From: a virus
IMG/VR virus record: IMGVR_UViG_3300040801_001445
Coordinates: 1-40,249 of that record
Length of the DNA: 40,249 bases
Direction: 5' to 3' (one strand)
A program made the translations under genes and the position numbers. The notes under the pieces were generated by a model. The model saw only the letters and a program-made list of their open reading frames with translations, searched no databases and had not been told where the DNA came from. Shown here in pieces: positions 6,124 through 12,938 of this stretch (its first letter is position 1; each line of letters opens with the position of its first letter).

Positions 6124-7023
6124 ATGGCGTACTTCACCGACAAGCCTGAAGAGGCGCGCGCGGTCCTGGGATTCCCGGCGCAGCGCGCGGCAATCTTCGA
6201 AAGCGTGTCCGACTTCGCCTCGTGGGCGATCCAGGCGGCACCCTCGGCGGGCGCGAGCGTCACGGTTGAGGCTTCAGACGATTGGGACTATGGCGTGGGC
6301 TTCGCTGGCATGCTGGAGCTGGCCCGCGTCGGGGGATGGCAGGAAGGCGCCGACCGCATGGCGTCCCTGTCCCTGACTCTGCCGGAAGCCGAGAGCGTGG
6401 ACACTGTGCCCAAGCGGGCGCGCCGCGTCGCTGGCTCGCGTCCGCACGCGGGAGCGGCAGCGGCCGGCTCGCCGCGCGCCATGATCCGACGCGTCCCCAC
6501 GGACCAGGCGTCCACCAGCGCAGGCGTCCGCGTGCTGCGCGTCGTGCTCCCCTGGGGGAAGTCTGCGCACGTAGAAGGCGACGCGTGCGAGCGCTACGGC
6601 GCCGCCCTGGTGGAATGCATCGACGCCACGGAAGCGGCCGGCATTCGCTGTGAAGTAGTGCTCCAGCAACAAACCGACACCGGGACCGTCGCGCGCGTTA
6701 CGGCCAAGCATGCCGGAGAGCACGTAGACCGGGCCGCCCTGGCGTTCCTGATCGCGCACCCCGCGGCCACGCGCCGGCTGCGCTTCCGCGCGCAGGAAGG
6801 GCCCGAAGGATCCTGGCCGTGCGGAAGCTACGGCGGCCCCACCACCCAGCCGTGGGCTCGCGGCGAGCGCGAGTCCGGCGCCCTGGTTTTGCCCTACATG
6901 AGCCCAGGATTCCCGCGCAAGGTCGAGACCATGGCCGAGGCGCGCGCCTACGTGCGGGCGCTCTTCGAGCAGCACATTGCCCGCCTGGCCGCGGAAGCGG
7001 CGGCGGATCCGGCGGCGGCCTGA
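6124..7023 (+). CDS. Hypothetical protein, 299 aa, partner of the AAA ATPase
   Basis: ORF-track 6124..7023. It starts 3 nt after the ATPase stop and has protein-like composition. I saw no MIDAS DxSxS motif. Confidence 0.7.
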   Translation: MAYFTDKPEEARAVLGFPAQRAAIFESVSDFASWAIQAAPSAGASVTVEASDDWDYGVGFAGMLELARVGGWQEGADRMASLSLTLPEAESVDTVPKRARRVAGSRPHAGAAAAGSPRAMIRRVPTDQASTSAGVRVLRVVLPWGKSAHVEGDACERYGAALVECIDATEAAGIRCEVVLQQQTDTGTVARVTAKHAGEHVDRAALAFLIAHPAATRRLRFRAQEGPEGSWPCGSYGGPTTQPWARGERESGALVLPYMSPGFPRKVETMAEARAYVRALFEQHIARLAAEAAADPAAA

Positions 7024-7074
7024 GCGGGCCGCCGTTCACCATCCACCACCATCCATCATTCGGAGCGTTTAAAC

Positions 7075-7437
7075 GTGACCAGACACCAACATCCCATGGC
7101 CCGCCAGCTACGCCAGCGCCCGACGCCGGCCAGCATCCCTGACCAGGCGGCGGCCCTTGTGAGCGCCTACAGCGGCCGCCAGGGGCGGCCGAGCGTGACC
7201 CTGTACCGGGACGCAGGGATCCAGGCTTGCGCCTGTCTAGCGCGCACCCTGGCCGAATCGGAAGGGAGCAAGGCCGGGACCATCGGCCTGGAGCCGTCCA
7301 GGCTGCTCCGCCGTGCGTCGAAGGGTGAGGCGCTGACCGTCCACCAGCGCGCCGCCGTGCGCGCGGAGGCCGGCAGCATCTTGCGACTCTGCGGCTGGTC
7401 CGTGACGTGGCGGGACCGCGCGGAGCTGGACCAGTGA
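7075..7437 (+). CDS. Hypothetical protein, 120 aa, GTG start
   Basis: ORF-track 7075..7437. A GGAG lies 9 nt upstream, and CGTTTAAAC sits between the SD and the GTG. Confidence 0.55.
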   Translation: MTRHQHPMARQLRQRPTPASIPDQAAALVSAYSGRQGRPSVTLYRDAGIQACACLARTLAESEGSKAGTIGLEPSRLLRRASKGEALTVHQRAAVRAEAGSILRLCGWSVTWRDRAELDQ

Positions 7438-7667
7438 CGGCGCCCGAGCGGACGGACCGGGAGGGCGCCGTGCGCGCCCGCCCTGGCGACGCGTTCACCG
7501 TGGACCAGATACCGCCCGACCGGAACGGCCGCGGAGGCTACGCCATTGTGCGCCTGGCGACGGACACGGACCCGGAGTCCGTCGTCGCCAGGCGCAACAC
7601 GTACTGCGCCGCATGGATGGCGCTTCAGAGTCTCGCCGGCGGCGAGACCATCGCAGCGGAGGAGTGA
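7434..7667 (+). CDS. Hypothetical protein, 77 aa, GTG start
   Basis: ORF-track 7407..7667 trimmed to the GTG at 7434, which overlaps the upstream TGA (GTGA) and has a GGAG 7 nt upstream. A start at 7407 cannot be excluded. Confidence 0.5.
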   Translation: MTAPERTDREGAVRARPGDAFTVDQIPPDRNGRGGYAIVRLATDTDPESVVARRNTYCAAWMALQSLAGGETIAAEE

Positions 7668-7669
7668 CC

Positions 7670-7882
7670 ATGGCCCTTCGATTCACGAGACGAGACGGCG
7701 AGGGATTCTGGATCGGCGACGCGTTCGTGCGCGTGGCCCTCGGCGGGACGCACGGCGGCCGGCAGCAAATCGGAGTCAGCGTGACGGCCGACCGGGCCGT
7801 GCGCGTGCTCCGCGAGGAGCTGGACGACCGACCGGCTCCCGACCGGCGCCCGGAATGCGCGGAGGGCCCTGGCCATGAATGA
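7670..7882 (+). CDS. csrA: CsrA/RsmA-like RNA-binding protein, 70 aa
   Basis: The peptide MALRFTRRDGEGFWIGDAFVRVALGGTHGGRQQIGVSVTADRAVRVLREEL aligns by eye with E. coli CsrA ([47 protein letters not shown]). The blocks TRRxGE, IGD, IGV and REE are shared. A strong GGAGGAG SD lies upstream. Confidence 0.6.
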   Translation: MALRFTRRDGEGFWIGDAFVRVALGGTHGGRQQIGVSVTADRAVRVLREELDDRPAPDRRPECAEGPGHE

Positions 7883-8381
7883 CCCGCTGCTGACCCCGCT
7901 CGCCGGGCGCCTGGCCCGGCGCCGCATGGGCGACACGCTGACGCTGTGGCGCCGGACGCTGGCCCTGCTCGGCGGCCCGGCTCGCTTGGCCCTGCCGACG
8001 CTCGCCCGGCCCTGGCCGGACGAGTCCGTGCCCGTGCCCACGGACCGGGAGTGTCGGGCGCGCCGCTGCCTGGCGCTGCCGGGTCCGGTCCTCTGGATGG
8101 CCGCGCCCGTGGGCACGGACGGCCAGCGCGGAGCCGTGACCCTGGACTACGTGCCCGGCCGCCGGAGCGGGCAATGGCGCGCGACCGTGCATCGGTACGG
8201 CGGGCGCCTCGTGCGCACGGCAGACTCGCCGTTCATCGCGCTGGCCCGCACCGTTTACACGGCCCAGGAATCCTGGCGCCCGGCGCTGCGGCTCGGCGAC
8301 CTGAAGCACGCGGCGGAGCTGGCCGCGCGCACCTGGCACGGCGACGCGGGCGACGCGGACCCGCGCTTCCGTTCTGAATAG
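7875..8381 (+). CDS. Hypothetical protein, 168 aa
   Basis: ORF-track 7875..8381. It overlaps the end of the CsrA-like gene by 8 nt and ends in the repeated TGAATAGACGA element, using the TAG. Confidence 0.6.
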   Translation: MNDPLLTPLAGRLARRRMGDTLTLWRRTLALLGGPARLALPTLARPWPDESVPVPTDRECRARRCLALPGPVLWMAAPVGTDGQRGAVTLDYVPGRRSGQWRATVHRYGGRLVRTADSPFIALARTVYTAQESWRPALRLGDLKHAAELAARTWHGDAGDADPRFRSE

Positions 8382-8394
8382 ACGAACCACCACC
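8374..8394 (+). repeat. Gene-end repeat, copy 1: CTGAATAGACGAACCACCACC
   Basis: Identical to the 21-mer at 8560..8580 and closely similar to 9076..9095. Confidence 0.9.
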
Positions 8395-8410
8395 CAACGG
8401 GAGACCCACC

Positions 8411-8563
8411 ATGGAATCCTTCATCACGCACCTGGCCGCTTTCGTGGTCGGAATCACCACCGGAGTGCTGTACCTGATCGCCGTCGGAGCTGCGACGGCA
8501 GCCATGCTGTGGGCGTGCTCCGCCTGCGCCGCAGCCGTGCGCCGAGCGCGCGACCGTTCCTGA
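8411..8563 (+). CDS. Small membrane protein, 50 aa (MESFITHLAAFVVGITTGVLYLIAVGAATAAMLWACSACAAAVRRARDRS)
   Basis: Manual translation. A GGGAGA SD lies upstream and third-position G/C is high. It is below the ORF-track size cut-off. Confidence 0.55.
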   Translation: MESFITHLAAFVVGITTGVLYLIAVGAATAAMLWACSACAAAVRRARDRS

Positions 8564-8580
8564 ATAGACGAACCACCACC
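8560..8580 (+). repeat. Gene-end repeat, copy 2: CTGAATAGACGAACCACCACC
   Basis: Here the TGA is the in-frame stop of 8411..8563. Confidence 0.9.
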
Positions 8581-8593
8581 AGAGGAAGAAGCC

Positions 8594-9079
8594 ATGAGCC
8601 ACAACTACAGCGACGACGAGCACAATGAAGCGCTGGAACTGTCACGAAAGCTGGTGGCAGACCTGAAAGACTGGTCCGAGCGGGACAGGCTGCACTACTT
8701 CATCGAACACTTCGCGCCGTGCGTCATGCCCGCGGCGCTGGAGCTAGGCGAGCGCCGCGAGGACGCGAAGCGCCAGGGCGATGTGACTGCCGGCGCCATG
8801 ATGCTGGCCGCACTGGCCGGCTTCCTGAAAGGCGCGCTCGAAGCGGAGGGTGCCGTCGGCATGCGCGACGGACTGACTGCCGACGAGCGCGACATACTCC
8901 ATGAGGTTTACACGAACACCGCGGAGGTCACCTACGAGTGCTCGCGCGTGGCCGGCATCGACTTCGCCGTGTTTCAGCGGCACGGCAAGTCGAAGCTGAC
9001 GGATCCCGACGAGATTGCGAAGGCGCTGCGACGCAAGCTGGACGAAGAGGGCGACGAGGGCGATCAGCTCCCGTCCTGA
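8594..9079 (+). CDS. Hypothetical acidic protein, 161 aa, last gene of the rightward operon
   Basis: ORF-track 8594..9079, with an AGAGGAAG SD upstream. Confidence 0.75.
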   Translation: MSHNYSDDEHNEALELSRKLVADLKDWSERDRLHYFIEHFAPCVMPAALELGERREDAKRQGDVTAGAMMLAALAGFLKGALEAEGAVGMRDGLTADERDILHEVYTNTAEVTYECSRVAGIDFAVFQRHGKSKLTDPDEIAKALRRKLDEEGDEGDQLPS

Positions 9080-9687
9080 ATAGACGAGCCACCACTTGTG
9101 ACGGCGGCGATGTCGGCCGCCGTCACAGCTTCGGAGCACGGCGCCTGGCAGCGCTGCGCTTCGATGTCCCCCGGCGACAGCCACAGCCCGCACGTTCCAC
9201 ACGCTCGCCCCGGCGGCACGTTGCGGACTGCTCCCTGCGGCAGCGTCACCACCTCCACGAGCCCGGTCTTCTTCGCCTCCCACATGGCCTGCGAGAGCGC
9301 CCTGGTGTAGCGCGTCTCCAGTGTCGCGAGCGGCGGGTTCCACCAGCCCCTCGGCACATTGCTCATCGCCTTGCGGCGGGGCGGCAGGAACTTCGGCAGG
9401 TGCGTGTAAACGAGCAGACGAGACGCAAGCCCATGGTGATGCATGAGCAGAGCATGGATCCCGCGCATGAGCCGGGCCTGCCGGAACCGATGGCCGTGCA
9501 GCTCTGACGAGAACCACAGCTCGGGCGCGATGGTGCGCATCAGCACGATTTCGCGGCGCATCGCCGCAGCCCGGCGGTCGTCCAGCTTGTCCGCAGGGAA
9601 CGGGCGAGGCTCGCCGGCCCCGCCCTCGTGTGCCGGACGCTCGACGCTCGTCGGGTCCGCGAAGAAATTGGCTCTGGCCGGCCGCAT
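9064..9687 (-). CDS. Hypothetical protein, 207 aa, last gene of the late operon
   Basis: ORF-track 9064..9774 trimmed to MRPARANFFADP. The ATG at 9687 lies 1 nt after the tailspike stop. The gene overlaps the convergent gene 8594..9079 by 16 bp. Confidence 0.55.
   Translation of the reverse strand: MRPARANFFADPTSVERPAHEGGAGEPRPFPADKLDDRRAAAMRREIVLMRTIAPELWFSSELHGHRFRQARLMRGIHALLMHHHGLASRLLVYTHLPKFLPPRRKAMSNVPRGWWNPPLATLETRYTRALSQAMWEAKKTGLVEVVTLPQGAVRNVPPGRACGTCGLWLSPGDIEAQRCQAPCSEAVTAADIAAVTSGGSSIQDGS
9076..9095 (+). repeat. Gene-end repeat, copy 3: CTGAATAGACGAGCCACCAC
   Basis: One mismatch to copies 1 and 2 over 20 nt. The TGA is the in-frame stop of 8594..9079. Confidence 0.85.
9097..9127. 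terminator. Hairpin at the convergence of the two transcription units: TGTGACGGCGGC-N7-GCCGCCGTCACA
   Basis: A perfect 12-bp stem at the point where the plus and minus operons meet. There is no clear U-tract. It lies inside the 3' end of the 9064..9687 reading frame. Confidence 0.5.
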
Positions 9688-9688
9688 C

Positions 9689-11218
9689 TCAGCGCGTGAT
9701 CCCGATGGCGGCCAGGTCCGCGAGCAGCGTGCCCACCACGTCGGCAAGCTCGGCGACCGTGGTCGAGTCCGCATCGAACGCCCGGTCCGTCGTGACGTTC
9801 GTGGCCGTGTAGTCCTGCGCGATCTGCTGGTTGATCTTGTTCGTGATCGCCCCCGATCCCACCTCCACCTCGCGGTTGCGGTAGGCGACCAGCGTGCCGA
9901 CCGTGCCGCCGCTGGTGTCGAGCACGTCGGTGATGTCGCAGCCGGTGCTGCCGGTGCCGGCGATGAGCACGTTGTCTGCGATGGCGCCGTCGATGGTGCC
10001 GCTGACCAGTTGAAACACGTCGGTGATGCTCCAGTCGCTGGCGCTCTCCTCGTCGCCGATGCAGTTCGCGTGTGCCTGGAGGTTCACGAACCGGCCGGAG
10101 CCGGGGTCCATCTCCAGCACATGGTCGATGGTGCCCGAAGGCCGGACGTGGTTGCCCCGGAAGGACAGCGCCGTGGCTGGCACCGTGGACGTGGAGCCGA
10201 TGGACACTAGGTCGTAGTTCGCGGAGCCGGACGCCGGGCAGGTGAAGAAGTTGCCGTCGATCCGCACGCCGTAGCAGCGGCGCGCGAACACCATGAAGTC
10301 GCCGTCGTTTGCCTTGTCGCGCGGCGCGAACGTGCAGCCCAGGATGTTGAGGATCGCGCCGTCGATGGCCGAGATGCCACCGATGCTCTGCGTGAAGCCG
10401 CAGCCCTGCACTTCTACCTGCTGTTCGTCGAAGTCCTCGAAGATGATCCCGCCGTAGGGCACGTTCGACACGGCGTTGACGGTCTCGGAGAACGTGGTGC
10501 CGGTGACGCCGCAGGCGGTGAACGCGCAATCGCGCACGCGGGTCTGACCGCCCACCTCGAAGTCCATGCCCCATGCGTAGGTGGTGTCCACGCGGCAGCG
10601 CGTCACGGTCAGGTCGCCGCACGAACGACCCACCATGCCCTGGTGGTTGTCCGTGAACACGCACTCGTCCACCGAAACGTGCGTGCCCGGCCCCAGGTAC
10701 AGGCCGCACCCGCCGCCGCGCGTTGTCTGCGAGTTGATCGTGGTCGATCCCTGGCGCTTGAAGTGCTCGAAGCGGCAGTTCCGGATGTGCGTGCTGCGGG
10801 GGAAGCCGGGCACGGCGTCGCGCGTCAGCGCCAGGCCGGCAGCCTCGGCCGTGCCTGTGGCGCTGTCGGTGCCCTCGAAGCCGAGCCCTTCGATTTCCAG
10901 TTCGTCGGCGTCGATGATCGTGATGCCCACGGCGCCGTCGCCGGTGCAGTTGAACACGACGTGGCCACTCGCCCCGAGGATGCGCTTCGGTCCCGTCGCC
11001 GTAGACCAGTCGATGCTGACGGGCGTCGTGAGCAGCGGCGTGCCGGGCGGGAAGTACAGCTCGCCCACGTCGTCGTTGTCCCGCAGCGCGGTCAGCGCGG
11101 CGAGCACGGCGGCGCCGTCGTCGGTCGTGCCGTCGCCGGTGACGCCGTAGTCGGCGGCCGAGATGGAACCGTAGCGCCGCGCGTCGAAGCTGGAGCCGCG
11201 TGCCTTCGTCATGACCAT
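9689..11218 (-). CDS. Tailspike or tail-fibre protein with a right-handed beta-helix (pectate-lyase-like) fold, a probable polysaccharide depolymerase
   Basis: ORF-track 9689..11218. It has periodic beta-helix-type repeats (NCRFEHF, CVFTDNHQG, VTRCRVD, VRDCAFTACG, VQGCGFTQS, ILGCTFAP) and lies at the distal end of the virion module. Confidence 0.65.
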   Translation of the reverse strand: MVMTKARGSSFDARRYGSISAADYGVTGDGTTDDGAAVLAALTALRDNDDVGELYFPPGTPLLTTPVSIDWSTATGPKRILGASGHVVFNCTGDGAVGITIIDADELEIEGLGFEGTDSATGTAEAAGLALTRDAVPGFPRSTHIRNCRFEHFKRQGSTTINSQTTRGGGCGLYLGPGTHVSVDECVFTDNHQGMVGRSCGDLTVTRCRVDTTYAWGMDFEVGGQTRVRDCAFTACGVTGTTFSETVNAVSNVPYGGIIFEDFDEQQVEVQGCGFTQSIGGISAIDGAILNILGCTFAPRDKANDGDFMVFARRCYGVRIDGNFFTCPASGSANYDLVSIGSTSTVPATALSFRGNHVRPSGTIDHVLEMDPGSGRFVNLQAHANCIGDEESASDWSITDVFQLVSGTIDGAIADNVLIAGTGSTGCDITDVLDTSGGTVGTLVAYRNREVEVGSGAITNKINQQIAQDYTATNVTTDRAFDADSTTVAELADVVGTLLADLAAIGITR

Positions 11219-11231
11219 GATTAAACGCTCC

Positions 11232-12938
11232 TCACAGAAACACGGGCACGGGCACCTGTGCCTTGTTGCCCTTCGTTACGTCCCACAGGTCTCTCACCTG
11301 CCGCGCGCTCAGCGGCGTGCCGGTCTTAATCCAGAAGTCGTAGATCGGCGTAGTCAGGAAGTTGCTCGAAACAGCGTTCGGGTTCGTGCCAATGGTCCAC
11401 CTCCAACGGTTTGTAAGCCGAAGCGTGTGGAACCATTCTGCTCCCGTAGCAGTGCCGTTGAGTGTCGCGCCAATGTCACCTCCGTCACGGAGGACGCCAT
11501 TCACGAACACCTGATATCCGGTGCCGATCTGGTTTACGACCAGCATGATAGTGTCGCCAATAGCGATCCCACTGGTAGGAATATCCAGATTGATCTGGTT
11601 CTCGTTGCCCGAGCTTGCGCGAGTAATGATCGCTAGGCTGCCTGTTACGTGCTGAATGCGTAGGAGCCCGGTGCCGCTGACTGTCTGCGCGCCGAACACA
11701 AACTGGAGGCCACTAGTGACGTTAGGCACCTCGTACACTACGCAGATAGTCCCGGTGTCGAAGTCGTTCGCTGCCGTAACGTTGTCAGTCCAGTTCCCGT
11801 TGTTGTCATCGGTCTGAATATACGTCCCGTTACCTCCCGGCAAAGCGTTGATGCTGTACGCCATCCCAGGAAGCGTCGTCGCGTCCCAATCGGTTTTGTT
11901 CAGGTCCGCGCGGAACCACCGCTCATGCATCAGTTCCGCAGAAGCGCCGGCGGCGAACGCGGCAACGTTGTACTCGTTGTGCAGCCACCACGAGTCATCG
12001 AAAGATGCCGAGCTAGTCACGCCTCCGTGAGTGAGCGGTTTCCAGAAGAACGGTTTGCACGCAGCCACGTACTCGCAGTAATCGGTAATCTGCCCATCCG
12101 TATTCGCTGATGCATAGATACTCTGAAGCTCTGCTGTCGAAGGCGGAGTCCCCTCAATGACAAACACACCAGAAAGTCTGGATGCACTACCCGATTGGCG
12201 AAGTCGAATGCGTAGGCTTCCGCTGGAGTTCAATGCATTGGTGTCGTCCCACCACGTATCGCTAGTCGCCACGCCCGACAGGTTCTCTACGTCGGGGGCC
12301 AGCTCTGCGCCCCCGTTAATCATAAGCTTCGGGCCGGTGCCGTCTCCTCGTTGCACCACGATAATGTGGGGAAACTCAGTGCCAGAGATTCGTGTGTCGC
12401 CGTCGTTGGCCTTCCATGCGTTACGGACCGCAGCAGAAGTCCAGCGCCAGTCAGCAACCAAGGTGGTCGCCCCACCAATCTGATCGACCAGCACGCGCAC
12501 CTGACCTTCGTCGTTTATCCAAACTCGGAATCGCCCGTAGACGAAAGACGAACCCCATTCGTGATTGATGAGCCAATGGGCGTCAGCCGAGCTGTCAGCA
12601 GACGCCATGCCAAGGAACCCACCAACGACTCCGGTGGCCGAGGACAGCCGTGTCGCAATGTCCGCAGGGTCTGTCAGCGTAACGTCGAATGCGTTGGTAG
12701 AAGCCACTCCGCAAGCAACGCTGAACGTGCGCGGCTCTCCTCGCGTGCCACCAATGATCCTGCGGTGCACTCGCTGCCCGTAAACGTTTACGTTCCAGTT
12801 ACCAATGCTGTCGTTCGCCGTCGCACCTGAAGTTTCATCGAATAGCCACAGATGGTTTGCGCCCAGCGCCGTAACGGTTTCTTCGTATGCGTTGACCGAA
12901 GGCGCAAGGCGCGAAGCGATGGCAGTAACGAAAGGCAT
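11232..12938 (-). CDS. Receptor-binding or tail-fibre protein with LamG/concanavalin-like domains
   Basis: ORF-track 11232..12938. The N-terminal HLWLFDETSGATANDSIGNWN pattern is typical of Laminin_G_3-type domains. G+C is markedly lower, about 53 percent in two 60-nt lines I counted. Confidence 0.55.
   Translation of the reverse strand: MPFVTAIASRLAPSVNAYEETVTALGANHLWLFDETSGATANDSIGNWNVNVYGQRVHRRIIGGTRGEPRTFSVACGVASTNAFDVTLTDPADIATRLSSATGVVGGFLGMASADSSADAHWLINHEWGSSFVYGRFRVWINDEGQVRVLVDQIGGATTLVADWRWTSAAVRNAWKANDGDTRISGTEFPHIIVVQRGDGTGPKLMINGGAELAPDVENLSGVATSDTWWDDTNALNSSGSLRIRLRQSGSASRLSGVFVIEGTPPSTAELQSIYASANTDGQITDYCEYVAACKPFFWKPLTHGGVTSSASFDDSWWLHNEYNVAAFAAGASAELMHERWFRADLNKTDWDATTLPGMAYSINALPGGNGTYIQTDDNNGNWTDNVTAANDFDTGTICVVYEVPNVTSGLQFVFGAQTVSGTGLLRIQHVTGSLAIITRASSGNENQINLDIPTSGIAIGDTIMLVVNQIGTGYQVFVNGVLRDGGDIGATLNGTATGAEWFHTLRLTNRWRWTIGTNPNAVSSNFLTTPIYDFWIKTGTPLSARQVRDLWDVTKGNKAQVPVPVFL
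12779..12792. repeat. Perfect 14-bp palindrome CGTAAACGTTTACG, two head-to-head half-sites of the genome-wide motif
   Basis: Seen directly, inside the 5' end of gene 11232..12938. Confidence 0.9.

Noticed and set aside
3488-9095. A CRISPR-like array formed by the repeated leaders or the gene-end repeats
   Set aside because: The repeats are separated by whole genes of very different lengths. They overlap SD/start or stop codons and lack the regular repeat-spacer architecture.
9540-10709. A 389-aa minus-strand ORF overlapping the tailspike gene in another frame
   Set aside because: The sequence is Arg/His/Gly-rich and low-complexity. The 9689..11218 frame has beta-helix repeats and proper start and stop coupling.
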